From contig OZ245006.1 in assembly GCA_965223545.1 (NCBI GenBank), positions 7,904,001 through 7,968,000 of the forward strand: 64,000 nt of DNA, in the 5' to 3' direction. A program made the translations under genes and the position numbers. This document shows, one piece after another, positions 39,061-49,113 of the stretch. The first letter of the stretch is position 1. Every line of letters begins with the position of its first letter. The stretch is from Planctomycetota bacterium. Its GTDB lineage: Bacteria; Planctomycetota; UBA1135; UBA2386. The notes beneath the pieces were generated by a model. That model had not been told where the DNA came from, did no database searches, and was given only the letters and a program-made list of their open reading frames with translations.

Positions 39061-39993
39061 ATGCTCTGCGCGCTCGACAGCTGGACCGCCTCCGCCGTCA
39101 CGGGGGCGGCCGATGGCACCGACTACGGCGCCGTCTTCCTCGGTGGTCTGGCGGACTACGCGCGCTACCTGGCGCGCGAGGTCACGACTCCGCACTGGGG
39201 CAACTACTTCTACTGGCTGCTGGGCCTCTCCCTGCTGGCCTACGCGCTAGAGCTGTTGTGGCCGTGGCGGCGCCACCAGCCGCGGCTGCGGCGCGACTTC
39301 TGGTTGGACGCGTTCTACATGCTGTTCAACTACTTCCTGTTCTCGCTGGTGGGCTTCCACGCCGCGAGCCAGGTCGTCGTCCACGCCTGGCACGATGCGC
39401 TCGCGGCGATCGGCATCGACAACCCGGTGGCGGTCTCGGTGGCGGCGTGGCCGGTAGCGGCGCAGGTCGCCGTGCTGTTCGTCGCCCGCGACTTCGTGCA
39501 GTGGTGGATCCACCGCCTGCTGCACTGCGTCCCCTGGCTTTGGCAGTTCCACAAGGTGCACCACTCGGTGGAGCAGATGGGGTTCGCCGCCCACCTGCGC
39601 TACCACTGGATGGAGAACGTCGTCTACAAGAGCTTGCAGTACGTGCCGCTGGCGCTGATCGGCTTCGGCATCCAGGAATTCTTCTGGGCTCACATGATCG
39701 CCACCGCGATCGGCCACCTGAACCACGCCAACTTCGCCCCGCGGCTGGGACCGCTGCGCTACGTGCTCAACAGTGCGCGGATGCACATCTGGCACCACGC
39801 CTACGCGCTGCCAGAGGACCGCGCCCACGGCGTCAACTTCGGCCTCAGCCTGAGCGTCTGGGACTATTTGTTCGGCACCGCCTGGGTGCCGTCGGACGGC
39901 CGCGATGTGCGGCTGGGCTTTCCCGGCATCGAGCGCTTTCCCAAGGGACTGCTGGGCCAGCTGGTCTACGGCTTCGGCCGGCGGTCCAGCTGA
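39061..39993 (+). CDS. Sterol desaturase / fatty acid hydroxylase family protein
   Basis: His boxes HRLLH, HKVHH, HLNH, HIWHH; WDYLFGT. Confidence 0.9.
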   Translation: MLCALDSWTASAVTGAADGTDYGAVFLGGLADYARYLAREVTTPHWGNYFYWLLGLSLLAYALELLWPWRRHQPRLRRDFWLDAFYMLFNYFLFSLVGFHAASQVVVHAWHDALAAIGIDNPVAVSVAAWPVAAQVAVLFVARDFVQWWIHRLLHCVPWLWQFHKVHHSVEQMGFAAHLRYHWMENVVYKSLQYVPLALIGFGIQEFFWAHMIATAIGHLNHANFAPRLGPLRYVLNSARMHIWHHAYALPEDRAHGVNFGLSLSVWDYLFGTAWVPSDGRDVRLGFPGIERFPKGLLGQLVYGFGRRSS

Positions 39994-40427
39994 GCCAAGA
40001 ACTCGTCCTTCCAGTGGTAGCCGTCGAGCAGGGTCCGGTCGTCGTCGCCGAGGATCCGGCGGGCCAAGTACAGCGCTTCGACGGAAGCGAGCCCACGGCT
40101 CGGGTCGTCGAACACCTTGCTGACGCGCGGATACGCGGTGCGCGCCCATGCCGGTAGGGAGCGGTGGATCGGCTGGCCGTCGACGCGCGCCACCAGGGCG
40201 GGCAAGTGCCGCCAAGTGCTGTCGAGGAGGAGCAGCGGTGGGCCGGCGTCGGCGGGCGACAGCTCGGGGGCGTCGACGGCGAGCAGTAGCATGCCGGTGG
40301 CGTCGATGCGGAAGCCGCGCGTCGCGCGGTGGAACTCGACGTCCTGCCGCCCGTGTAGGTGGCGCAGGGAGCACTTGGCGATGCGCTCCTTGGGGTGGCG
40401 GACGACGATGACGCGGGGCGAGGTCAC
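39966..40427 (-). CDS. Tsr3/DTW-like RNA aminocarboxypropyltransferase family protein
   Basis: HPKE..KCS, LSPAD, LLLDSTW, RSLP, LASVEA, HWKDEFL; GTG 40427 overlaps the upstream stop. Confidence 0.7.
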   Translation of the reverse strand: MTSPRVIVVRHPKERIAKCSLRHLHGRQDVEFHRATRGFRIDATGMLLLAVDAPELSPADAGPPLLLLDSTWRHLPALVARVDGQPIHRSLPAWARTAYPRVSKVFDDPSRGLASVEALYLARRILGDDDRTLLDGYHWKDEFLAQLDRRPKP

Positions 40428-41446
40428 GATGGCTGCTCGCGGGGCGTCGGCGTGTCGCTCGGCGCCAGGTTCCAGACCTCCTGGACCGCGGCCTCGACGT
40501 CGCCGACGGCGATGCCGAGCACGCACTGCGGCGACGCGCACTGCCGCCGGCGGCACGGCCGGCAAGGAGTCTCGGCGAACAGTACGCGGTGGTCCTGGCC
40601 GCGCGGCCCGTACAGCGCGGCGTCTTTCGGCCCGAAGAGCGCGACCACCGGCGTGCCGGCCGCGGCCGCCAAGTGCAGGGGACCGGTATCGGCGGCGACG
40701 ACGACGCGGGCGCGGGCGAGTGCGGCCGCCAGCCCGCGCAACCCGAGCGCGCTGCCGTCGAGGTGGGCGGCGCCCGCCGCGCACAACTCGGCCGCCAGCG
40801 CGTGCTCGCCGGGCCCGGTGCTGACGGCGACCGGCAGACCGTGCCCGACCAAGCGTTTGGTCAGTGCGGCGAAGTGCGTCGTCGGCCAACGCTTGAACGC
40901 GGCGAACGCGCTGGTGCCGGGGTGCAACACGACGGCGCCGTCGGCGGCGGTGGGTTGCGCGGGCGGCAGCCCCAGCCGCGCGCGTGCCGGGGCTGCCCGC
41001 AGGCCGAGATGGCGCAGCAGGTGGTAGCCCTGCTCGGCGCGGTGTGGCCGGGCTTCGGGCAGGCGCACCGCGGTGTGATAGAGCAGGTCGGCGCGCTCGC
41101 GCGCGATGGGGTGGGAGTAACCGAGCCGCAGCCGGCTGCGCGCGAGGCGGGCGTGGACCGCGCTCTTCAGGTTGCCGTGCAGGTCGAGCACGCAGTCGTA
41201 GCGCTGTGCGCGGAGGGCGCGGAGTGCGGCCAAAATCGCCGGCTTGCGCCGGCGGGGATAGACCAGCAGTCGTTCGATCTGCGGGTGCCCTTCGAGCAGC
41301 GCTGCGAAGCGGTCCTCGACCAAGAAGTCGATGCGCACGTCGGGCCGTTCGGCCTTCAGCGCCGCCAGGGTTTCCAGGGAGAACAGCACGTCGCCCATCG
41401 CCGAGAGGCGAATGAGCAGGACGCGGGCGTTCTCCGGCAACGGCAT
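40424..41446 (-). CDS. Glycosyltransferase family 9 (LPS heptosyltransferase)
   Basis: IRLSAMGDV, DLHGNLKS, KRWP, DTGPLHLAAA, ALFGP. Confidence 0.92.
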   Translation of the reverse strand: MPLPENARVLLIRLSAMGDVLFSLETLAALKAERPDVRIDFLVEDRFAALLEGHPQIERLLVYPRRRKPAILAALRALRAQRYDCVLDLHGNLKSAVHARLARSRLRLGYSHPIARERADLLYHTAVRLPEARPHRAEQGYHLLRHLGLRAAPARARLGLPPAQPTAADGAVVLHPGTSAFAAFKRWPTTHFAALTKRLVGHGLPVAVSTGPGEHALAAELCAAGAAHLDGSALGLRGLAAALARARVVVAADTGPLHLAAAAGTPVVALFGPKDAALYGPRGQDHRVLFAETPCRPCRRRQCASPQCVLGIAVGDVEAAVQEVWNLAPSDTPTPREQPS

Positions 41447-41548
41447 GGCGCGAACTTAGCGTGCCGCACCCCCAGCGGCGACCGGATGCATGCCGCGCAG
41501 GCTTGCTCTAAGGTGCGGGCGTGGCGCCCGTCTCGGCGCGATAGCGAA

Positions 41549-42346
41549 ATGACCGTGCCCGAGGGATTCCACCGCCGAGAGCTCCCCGACGGTCACGCCG
41601 TCGTGCACGATGCGTTGGTCGGGGTGCCGACCGAGCGGCTGTGGTCACCGGGTGCCCCGCTGCCGGGTGCCGCCGGCCGCGGCGGCGTGGGGGTGCTGGA
41701 TCTCGAAGGCGTGGGCCGCGCGGTCACCCGGCCGCTGCGCCGCGGCGGGCTGCTGCGCGCGTGGCTGCCGGCTGCCGTCGCCGACGCGGAGCGGACGGCG
41801 AGGGAGCTCGTGGTCTTGGCCACGTTGGCGGCGAAAGGCGTGCCGGTGGTCGAGCCGCTGGCGGCGCTGGCCCGCCGGCGCGGGCGCGGCTACGAACAGC
41901 GGTTGGTGACGCGCTGTGTGGAAGGCGCGTCGCCGTTGCCGGCGTTCGTCGCGGCCAGCCCGCAGTGGCGCCGCGCCGCGGTGCGCGGAGCCGGCCAAGT
42001 CGTCGGCGCGGCGTTCGTCGCTGGCCTACGGCACCCGGACCTTCACCCCGACAACTTCATCGCGCGCGCGGCGGACGGCGAGTGCGCGGTGTGGCTGCTC
42101 GATCTCGACCGCGCCTCGTGCGGCGGGGGACCCACCGCTGCCGCCGACCGCGACTGGATGCTGTTGCGGATGGCGCGCTACACCGTGCGGCACGCGGCGC
42201 GGTTGCCGGCAGTTCGGGGTGTCGACACGCTGCGATTCCTCGCCGGCCTCGGTCTGGATCGACGCCGGCGGCGCGCGTGCGTGGCGGCGTTGGCGCCGCG
42301 CCTCGCCCGTGCGGTGCGCTGGCATCGACTGAGCTGGCGCTCGTGA
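41549..42346 (+). CDS. Kdo/WaaP family lipopolysaccharide kinase
   Basis: GRGG, RRGG, HPDLHPDN, LLDLDR; divergent from the GT9 gene. Confidence 0.85.
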   Translation: MTVPEGFHRRELPDGHAVVHDALVGVPTERLWSPGAPLPGAAGRGGVGVLDLEGVGRAVTRPLRRGGLLRAWLPAAVADAERTARELVVLATLAAKGVPVVEPLAALARRRGRGYEQRLVTRCVEGASPLPAFVAASPQWRRAAVRGAGQVVGAAFVAGLRHPDLHPDNFIARAADGECAVWLLDLDRASCGGGPTAAADRDWMLLRMARYTVRHAARLPAVRGVDTLRFLAGLGLDRRRRRACVAALAPRLARAVRWHRLSWRS

Positions 42347-42488
42347 GCGCGACCCCGGGTGGCCGAATGCGCGCCCGCATGGGCCATTGGCGTTTGCTCG
42401 CCAAGGCGTGCACAGTCCCTACAATCGCGAGCCACTCCCGTGCGCTGTCGTCCGCGCTCCCCTTCGACCGAACCCTCGCCTCACCGTG

Positions 42489-43289
42489 ATGACGCTGCGA
42501 ACTCCCCTCTTGCTGTCGGTTTTGCTCGTGTCCGCCGGTTGTCATGGCGTCGAGCTGACGACCGGCGCGGCCTACCTCAACACCAACCTGCGCGGTGACG
42601 CCGCGCTCGGGCCGAGCACCGGTTCGGTTGCCATCGGCGAGCGCCTCGTCGATCTCGACGGGGACGCCGGCTTGGAAGACCGCGACAGCTCGGTCTACAT
42701 GTTCGGCGAGGCCGTCGCCCAGCGGTGGCGGTTGCACGCGAGCGCGTTCCGCCGCGATGACGCCGGCAACGGCACGCTGCCCGCGGGGTTCGGCGACATC
42801 CCGGCCGGCACGCCGGTCGCCGCCGATATCGACCTGACCAACATCCGCGTCGCGCTGACCTACGACGTCGTGTCCGAACCGGGGTACTGGGTCGGGTTGG
42901 GGGTCGCCGGCGACTACTTCGACTGGGACCTGGACGTGGTCTCGCACGCGACCCTCGCGCGCGAGTCGGTGCGCTCCGACGTTCTGGTGCCGATGCCATA
43001 CGTCCGCGCGGGCTTCACCGACAAGGGCATGACCGGCACTCTGGCGTTCGGCGGCATGGGCGGCGACCTGGGAGATGGCGACGGCACCTGGCTCGACTTC
43101 GAGGCAATGCTGTCCTACCGCGTGACGCGTTGGTTCGAGGTGCTCGGCGGTTATCGCTGGGCGCGCATCGACGGCGACGGCGTCGTCGACGGCCGGGCCT
43201 ACATCGGCGACTTCGACCTGTCCGGCTGGTTCGTCGGCGGCGCGCTGCACTTCGGCGGTGCCGAGCAGCCGCGCGCGACGTTGTACTGA
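42489..43289 (+). CDS. Outer-membrane beta-barrel-like protein
   Basis: Lipobox-like SAGC, amphipathic beta strands, GGYRW, terminal GWFVGGALHF. Confidence 0.7.
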   Translation: MTLRTPLLLSVLLVSAGCHGVELTTGAAYLNTNLRGDAALGPSTGSVAIGERLVDLDGDAGLEDRDSSVYMFGEAVAQRWRLHASAFRRDDAGNGTLPAGFGDIPAGTPVAADIDLTNIRVALTYDVVSEPGYWVGLGVAGDYFDWDLDVVSHATLARESVRSDVLVPMPYVRAGFTDKGMTGTLAFGGMGGDLGDGDGTWLDFEAMLSYRVTRWFEVLGGYRWARIDGDGVVDGRAYIGDFDLSGWFVGGALHFGGAEQPRATLY

Positions 43290-43324
43290 GCGGCGTTGGG
43301 CGGCAACGAAGAGCCCACCCTTCG

Positions 43325-43855
43325 TCAACCCCGCTCGAGCTCGTCGACGAAGGCGCTGAGCTCGTCGGCGCAGTCGAGGTCCGGCGCGCGCAACGCCTGG
43401 CGATAGGTTGCCAACGCGCCGCGCACGTCGCCGGCGAGGTACTGGGCCGTGCCGAGGGTCACCAGGACGCGCGCGTTGGGCTCGAGGCTCGCGGCGCGGG
43501 CGCGGGCCGCGGCGGCGGCCGCCCGCGCCGGGTCGCGGTGCGCCGGGGGCGTGTCGGGGTCGATCAGGCACTGGGCGAGCAGCAGCCAGGCCTCGCCCGA
43601 GTCGGGGTTGGCGCGGGTCCATCGCTGGCACACGGCCAGGGCTTCGAGCAACGCGTCGCGGGCGAGGTGCGCTTCGACGGCCGTGCGGAACGCGGTCTCG
43701 CGTTCGCTGTCGGAGAGTCGAGCCGTGGCCTCGGTCGGCTGGCCGCTGCTGTTGCTCGGTGGTCGCGGCGCCTCGGTCCGCGCCGGACCGCGGCACGCGC
43801 CGTGGAGGAGCGCCAGCGTCGCCAACAGCGCGAAGCGTGAAACCTGGGGCCGCAT
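43325..43855 (-). CDS. TPR-containing lipoprotein
   Basis: Lipobox HGAC; TPR helices NPDSGEAWLLLAQ and TLGTAQYLAGDVRGALATYRQAL. Confidence 0.75.
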   Translation of the reverse strand: MRPQVSRFALLATLALLHGACRGPARTEAPRPPSNSSGQPTEATARLSDSERETAFRTAVEAHLARDALLEALAVCQRWTRANPDSGEAWLLLAQCLIDPDTPPAHRDPARAAAAAARARAASLEPNARVLVTLGTAQYLAGDVRGALATYRQALRAPDLDCADELSAFVDELERG

Positions 43856-43923
43856 GAGGAGCCTCAAGCCTAACCCGCGGTGGCCACGGGTCGCGCCGTG
43901 AGGCCAAGAATCCGTGGCCGGGC

Positions 43924-46900
43924 TCACCAGCCGCGCGTCCGCCGCAGGGCCAGGTGCTGCCGCAGCCGGCGGCGAAACGCGCCGCCGGGGGCGCGCGCCG
44001 CGACCGCGGCGACCATTGCGTCGGCGGCGGGCTCCTCACCGGTGGCGTCCAGTAGGATGAGGCGCAACGCCAGCGGCAGCGCGCACGCCCGCTCCAGGGC
44101 GGTGGCCTCTGCCAGCGCCTCGGACGCGCCGGCGGCATCCCCGCGCGCGCTGCGGCGGTCGCGCTGGAGCAGCCACCACTCGGCGCGCAACGCCGCGTGG
44201 TCGGTCTGTTCGACGTCGCGCGCCAAGCCCGCGCACGGCACACCGAGCCGTTCGAGGGCGAGACCGGCGCCGACCCGGATCGGCCGCAGCCGGGTGTCGT
44301 TGGCGCCGGCCAGGGTGTCGGCCAGATGCACGGCCGCGCTTTGGCGGTCGTTGCGGGCGATTGCCAGTCGGCCGAGCTCGAGGCCCGCCGCCAAGCGGCC
44401 ATGGTTGTCGGCGCCGCGGCGGCTGCGCTCGTAGGCCGCGTCGAGCTCGGCCTGGGCGGCGACGTAGTCGCCCACTTCCCGCAAGACCGCACCGCGGACG
44501 GTCTGCAGGGTGGTCATCGCGCGCGCCGACGGCGCTTCGCGCAAGCCCGCCGCGGCATTGTCGAGGGCCTCGAAGGCGGCGCCGAACTCGCCGTCCCGCG
44601 CGTGCAGCCTGCCGAGGAGCAGCAGGGCCTGCACGGGATCACCGGCGTGGCCCGTGGCGGTCGCGACGGCGAGCGCCCGGTCGGCGTCGGCGCGGGCGCG
44701 TTCGCTTTCGCCGAGCTGCGCCCGCAGCGTTCCACGCAGCGTCAGAGCCGCCGCCAGGGTTGTGCCTTCGTCGAGGTCGCGGGCCGCGCCGTCACTCAGG
44801 TCGAGCGCGGCGAGCAGCTGGCCGCGGTCGTGTGCCAAGCGGGCCAGTCCGAGGCGGGCGCGCGCCGCTGCCGCGCGGTCGCCGGCCGCAAGGGCCCGCT
44901 TCAGCGCGGCCGCCAATGCGAGCTGCGCTTGGCGATCCTCGCCGAGCTCGAGGTTGGCTTCGGCTTCGACCAACAACACCTCGCGGTGCAGCGCCTCGCG
45001 CTCGGCCGACGCCGGTGCCGCGTCGAGGTGCTTGCGCATTCGCTTCGCCACCCGGGCGACGTTGCGCGAAGAACCGGCGCGGACCAGGGCGCGCAGGGCG
45101 CGCTCCAGCGGGGGCAGGGCGGCGACGTGCTCGGCGGCGGCGGAGAACTGCAGTCCGACCTCCAGCGGCGGCGCGCCCCGCGCCTCGAGGATCCACGCCG
45201 CCGCGCGGTGCATGCGCTGGCGACTGATCGACGGCAGCAGCTCGAGGATCGCAGTGCGGTAGTCGCGGTGGCGGAACGCGGCGCGCCCGCCGCTGGCCGA
45301 GATGACGTCGTCGAGCATCGACAGCGCCTCGAGCACCATCAACTCGGTCTGGCCGGTGAGCGCGCGGAGGTCGGCCAGGGCGCAGGTCTCGCCGAGCACG
45401 GCGGCGGCCTTGAGGACGTAGCTCTGGCGCGGGGCCATCGCTTCGACCAGCTCGCGCAGCCGTTGCAGGGCCGGGGCTGCCGGCCGGAGCTCCGCCACGC
45501 GGAGCCCGCCGTATCGTCCCGGCCGCCCGGTGAGCTCGCCGGCCTCGGCGTGCGCGGCGAGCGCGTCGAGTAGGTTTCCCGGGCTGCCGCCCGTGCTGGC
45601 GTGCGCGCGTCGCAGGAAGGCGTCGAGCCCCTCGCCACGGGTGTCGGGCTCGAACAGCGAGGCACCAAAGCGGAGGAACGCGTCTTCCTCGAGACCGCCG
45701 AGCGGCAGGTGATCGACGGCGGCGCCCTCGATCGCTTGGCCTGCGGGACCGACCAGGAGCAGCAGCAAGCGGTGTTCGCGCAGGTGCGGCAGAAGCTGAC
45801 CGATGACGAGCCTGCCGGTCGGCGACAGGTTGTCGACCCGATCGACGCGGAGCACGACCGTGTGGCCTGCGCGGCACAGTGCCAGCACTCCGAAGGCCAA
45901 GCGCTCGGCGCGCAGCCGCGCCGATTCGTCGCCTTGCTCGCCGCACAACAACGCCGCGAGCCGGTCGCTGTCCTCGCCCCCGAGGTCGGTCTCGGCGGCG
46001 ATGCGCGCGCCGAGGCGGGCGCGCGAGTGGGGCGAGTCCGGCGCGTCGCCGCGCAGGAACCAGCCGAGCAGCATCGCCGGAAACGGCTCGCCGTGCGTCG
46101 CTTCGCCGTGCCGCGGCGGCTCGCCGCCGAGCAGCACCAAGCCGCGGTGGGCGCGCAGCCAGGCCGCCAGGCACTCGTCCAGCAGGCGGCGCCGGCCGAT
46201 GCCGCGCGGGCCGGTGAGCAGGATGGCGCCGCCGCGTCCGGCGAGTGCGGCGCGCAGCGCGCGGTCGAGCAGCCGGCGCTGGTCGCGGCGATCGAAGAAC
46301 CGAGTCGGCGCGGCGCGGCGCATCGCGCGCAGTCGCTGCTCGGCGAAGAGCACCGGCGCCTCGCGCTGGTGGCGGCGCCAGTAGCGGGACCCCTCGCCGC
46401 CCTGCAGCGCGTCCGCCACCGTCTCGGCGCTCGGCGGCCGGGCGGCGGCGTCCTTCTCCAGCAGCTCGCCGATCAGCTGTTCCAAGAACGCCGAGCAGCG
46501 CGGCTCGAAGTGCGAGGCGCGGGGCGGTGGGCGGTGCAGATGCGCGTACAGCATGTCGTCGGCGGTGCGCGCGGCGGCGAACGGATGGCGGCCGGTCAGG
46601 CTCTCGAACAGCACCAGGCCGAGGGCGTAGAGGTCGGCGGAGGCGGCGGCGCGTTGGCCGGCGAGCACCTCGGGCGCGGCGTAGGCGACGCTGCCGTAGA
46701 AGCCGCCGCTGCTCGGCGGCCCCACGGCGCCGCCGCGTCGGGCCAGGCCGAGGTCGACGATGACGATCTGACCCTCCGGCGTCAGCACCAGGTTCTCCGG
46801 CTTGACGTCGCGGTGGACCACGCCGCGGCGGTGCAGCGCGCCGAGTCCGCGCGCGGTATCGAGCCCGATGCGGCGCACCAGGTCCTCGACCGCCGGTGCG

Positions 46901-47259
46901 CCGTCGGCGATGACACGGCGCAGGGGCCGGCCCTGTACCAGCTGCATCACCAGAAAGACGAACGGCGCGCCGTCGTCGTCGACGGTCTCCTCGAGGCTGT
47001 AGATGCGGGCGACGTGCGGGCTCCGCACCCGGCGGCCGATCGCGGCCTCGGTGCGCAGCTGCCGCAGCGCCACGTCGTCGCCGGCCTGCTCGGGATGCAG
47101 CACCTTGACCGCGATCGCTTGACCGCGGCGGCGGGGCGCCGCGTCGGTGAAGCGGGCCGCGTAGACCGCACCGCTCGAACCCGCCCCCAAGCGTGCCTCG
47201 AGCTCGATGCCGGCGCGCCGCAGCAGTGCGACCGTGGATGGGGGGGCGGCTTCGGTCAT
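43924..47259 (-). CDS. Ser/Thr protein kinase - AAA/STAND-like ATPase - TPR fusion
   Basis: LGAGSSGAVY, AVKVL, HRDVKPEN, DLGLA, YAAPE; degenerate P-loop GPRGIGRRRL; GSPG; FRH; helical C-terminus. Confidence 0.88.
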   Translation of the reverse strand: MTEAAPPSTVALLRRAGIELEARLGAGSSGAVYAARFTDAAPRRRGQAIAVKVLHPEQAGDDVALRQLRTEAAIGRRVRSPHVARIYSLEETVDDDGAPFVFLVMQLVQGRPLRRVIADGAPAVEDLVRRIGLDTARGLGALHRRGVVHRDVKPENLVLTPEGQIVIVDLGLARRGGAVGPPSSGGFYGSVAYAAPEVLAGQRAAASADLYALGLVLFESLTGRHPFAAARTADDMLYAHLHRPPPRASHFEPRCSAFLEQLIGELLEKDAAARPPSAETVADALQGGEGSRYWRRHQREAPVLFAEQRLRAMRRAAPTRFFDRRDQRRLLDRALRAALAGRGGAILLTGPRGIGRRRLLDECLAAWLRAHRGLVLLGGEPPRHGEATHGEPFPAMLLGWFLRGDAPDSPHSRARLGARIAAETDLGGEDSDRLAALLCGEQGDESARLRAERLAFGVLALCRAGHTVVLRVDRVDNLSPTGRLVIGQLLPHLREHRLLLLLVGPAGQAIEGAAVDHLPLGGLEEDAFLRFGASLFEPDTRGEGLDAFLRRAHASTGGSPGNLLDALAAHAEAGELTGRPGRYGGLRVAELRPAAPALQRLRELVEAMAPRQSYVLKAAAVLGETCALADLRALTGQTELMVLEALSMLDDVISASGGRAAFRHRDYRTAILELLPSISRQRMHRAAAWILEARGAPPLEVGLQFSAAAEHVAALPPLERALRALVRAGSSRNVARVAKRMRKHLDAAPASAEREALHREVLLVEAEANLELGEDRQAQLALAAALKRALAAGDRAAAARARLGLARLAHDRGQLLAALDLSDGAARDLDEGTTLAAALTLRGTLRAQLGESERARADADRALAVATATGHAGDPVQALLLLGRLHARDGEFGAAFEALDNAAAGLREAPSARAMTTLQTVRGAVLREVGDYVAAQAELDAAYERSRRGADNHGRLAAGLELGRLAIARNDRQSAAVHLADTLAGANDTRLRPIRVGAGLALERLGVPCAGLARDVEQTDHAALRAEWWLLQRDRRSARGDAAGASEALAEATALERACALPLALRLILLDATGEEPAADAMVAAVAARAPGGAFRRRLRQHLALRRTRGW

Positions 47260-47376
47260 CGGCGGGACGGCGTCCAGCGTCGCAGATGGTGTCGGGCAGC
47301 GCGAGAGGGCAGTCGCCGCCCGCCGTGCATCGGCCGAGCCGCGCGGCTAAGTTGAGCGGCCCGACCGGAGCCGACC

Positions 47377-48813
47377 TTGCTGCGCCTCTACAACAGCCTC
47401 CACCGAAAGCTCGAACCGCTGACCCCGATCCAGCCCGGTCGGGTCTCGATGTACCACTGCGGCCCGACGGTGTATTCGTCGCCCCACATCGGCAACTTCC
47501 GTTCGTTCTTGCTCGCCGATCTGCTGCGCCGCTTTCTGGAGGATCGCGGCGTGCGCGTGCACCAGGTGATGAACATCACCGACGTCGGCCACATGACCGA
47601 CGACGACGAGGACCGCGGCGAGGACAAGCTCGAGGCGGCGGCGCGCCGGACCAAGCGGGACCCGTGGCAGATCGCGCGCGGCTACGAAGAAGAGTTCCGC
47701 ACTTGCCTGGCCGAGCTCGGGTTTCGCATGCCGCACGAGCTGCCGCGCGCCACCGATCACATCGCCGAGATGGGCGCCATCATCGAGCGGCTGTTGCAGC
47801 GGGGCTTCGCGTACCAAGTCAACGGCAACGTCTACTTCGAGATCGCCAAGTTCCCGGCCTACGGACGGCTGTCGAACAAGGATCTCGACGAGCTCGGCGG
47901 CGAGCACGCCCGGCTCGGCGCCAACCCCGACAAGCGCGACCCGCGCGACTTCGCCCTGTGGAAGGTCGACGAGAAGCACCTGATGCAGTGGGACGCGCCG
48001 TTCTCGGGCGGCGTGCGCGGCTTTCCGGGCTGGCACATCGAGTGCTCGGCGATGGCGATGAAGTACCTCGGCGAGAGCTTCGACCTGCACACCGGGGGCG
48101 AGGACAATCTGTTCCCGCACCACGAGTGCGAGATCGCGCAGTCGGAGGCCGCCACCGGCGTGCCGTTCGTCGGCATGTGGCTGCACGTCAAGCACCTGTT
48201 GGTGGACGGCGAGAAGATGTCGAAGAGCAAGGGCAACTTCTTAACCGTGCAGGATGTGCTGCAGCGCGGCTTCAGCGGCGCGGAGCTGCGCTATGCGCTG
48301 CTCCGCGTGCAGTACCGGCAATCGCTCAACTTCACGTTCGCGGGGCTAGAAGAATCGCGGCGCGCGATCGCGCGCGTGCGCCAGGCCCGCGCCCGGTTGG
48401 TCGCCCAGCGCGCCGGCGGAGCGGAGGCGGGCGATGATCTGCGCGCGCCGGTCGAGCGCGCCGACGCGGCGTTCACGGCGGCGCTGGAAGACGACCTCAA
48501 CAGCAGCGAGGCGTTGGCGGCGGTGTTCGGCTTGGTCTCGGCGGTCAACAAGGCGGCGCCGAGCGCGGTGGGGGCGGAGCGCGCTTTGGTCGCGTTTGCC
48601 CGTTTCGAGGATGTGCTGGGCTGTTTCGGCCCCGAGCCCGCCGCGCCGGCGGCCACCGAGGTGCCGGCGGCGCTGCTCGAGCTCCTCGAGCAGCGGCAGG
48701 CGGCCCGCGCTGCCAAGGACTGGGCAGAGGCCGACCGCTTGCGCGACGCCCTGGCCGAGCACGGCTACCGCGTCGTCGACGGGCCCGACGGCGCACGGCT
48801 AGAGCCGCGTTGA
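47377..48813 (+). CDS. cysS: Cysteine--tRNA ligase
   Basis: CGPTVY, HIGN, NITDVGH, DFALWK, GFPGWHIECSAM, FPHHECE, KMSKS. Confidence 0.97.
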   Translation: MLRLYNSLHRKLEPLTPIQPGRVSMYHCGPTVYSSPHIGNFRSFLLADLLRRFLEDRGVRVHQVMNITDVGHMTDDDEDRGEDKLEAAARRTKRDPWQIARGYEEEFRTCLAELGFRMPHELPRATDHIAEMGAIIERLLQRGFAYQVNGNVYFEIAKFPAYGRLSNKDLDELGGEHARLGANPDKRDPRDFALWKVDEKHLMQWDAPFSGGVRGFPGWHIECSAMAMKYLGESFDLHTGGEDNLFPHHECEIAQSEAATGVPFVGMWLHVKHLLVDGEKMSKSKGNFLTVQDVLQRGFSGAELRYALLRVQYRQSLNFTFAGLEESRRAIARVRQARARLVAQRAGGAEAGDDLRAPVERADAAFTAALEDDLNSSEALAAVFGLVSAVNKAAPSAVGAERALVAFARFEDVLGCFGPEPAAPAATEVPAALLELLEQRQAARAAKDWAEADRLRDALAEHGYRVVDGPDGARLEPR

Positions 48814-48887
48814 CGCCGGGCGTTGGGGTCGGCATCGATTCACCTTGCACCACGGCAGCCGGCCGGCATGATGCGCCCTGCTGGTAC

Positions 48888-48986
48888 GGGAGCGGATCGG
48901 GGCTGGTGTCCTGCCTGGTCTTCAAAACCAGTGGGGGTCGCCCCAGAGGCGGTCTCGGTGGGTTCGATTCCCATGCGCTCCCGCCA
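48888..48986 (+). tRNA. selC: tRNA-Sec (anticodon TCA)
   Basis: 99 nt; 8-nt acceptor strands; 6-bp D stem with 4-nt loop; ctggt-cTTCAaa-accag; long variable arm; gtggg-ttcgatt-cccat; G73 + CCA. Confidence 0.95.
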
Positions 48987-49113
48987 CTCTCGGCCGTGCT
49001 CCGCGCAACCCGTGTGGGGCGGTCGGGTTCTCGGGCCGGTTTCTCAGGCCGGGGGCTCGCAACTCGGCGACCGATCGTTACCCTGTTTCGCCCTTCTCCT
49101 CCCGGAGTAGCTG

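Noticed and set aside
48888..48986. tRNA as a Cys- or Trp-inserting UGA suppressor or sign of UGA reassignment
   Set aside because: It has Sec-type architecture and G73, and TGA is used as an ordinary stop by many genes here.
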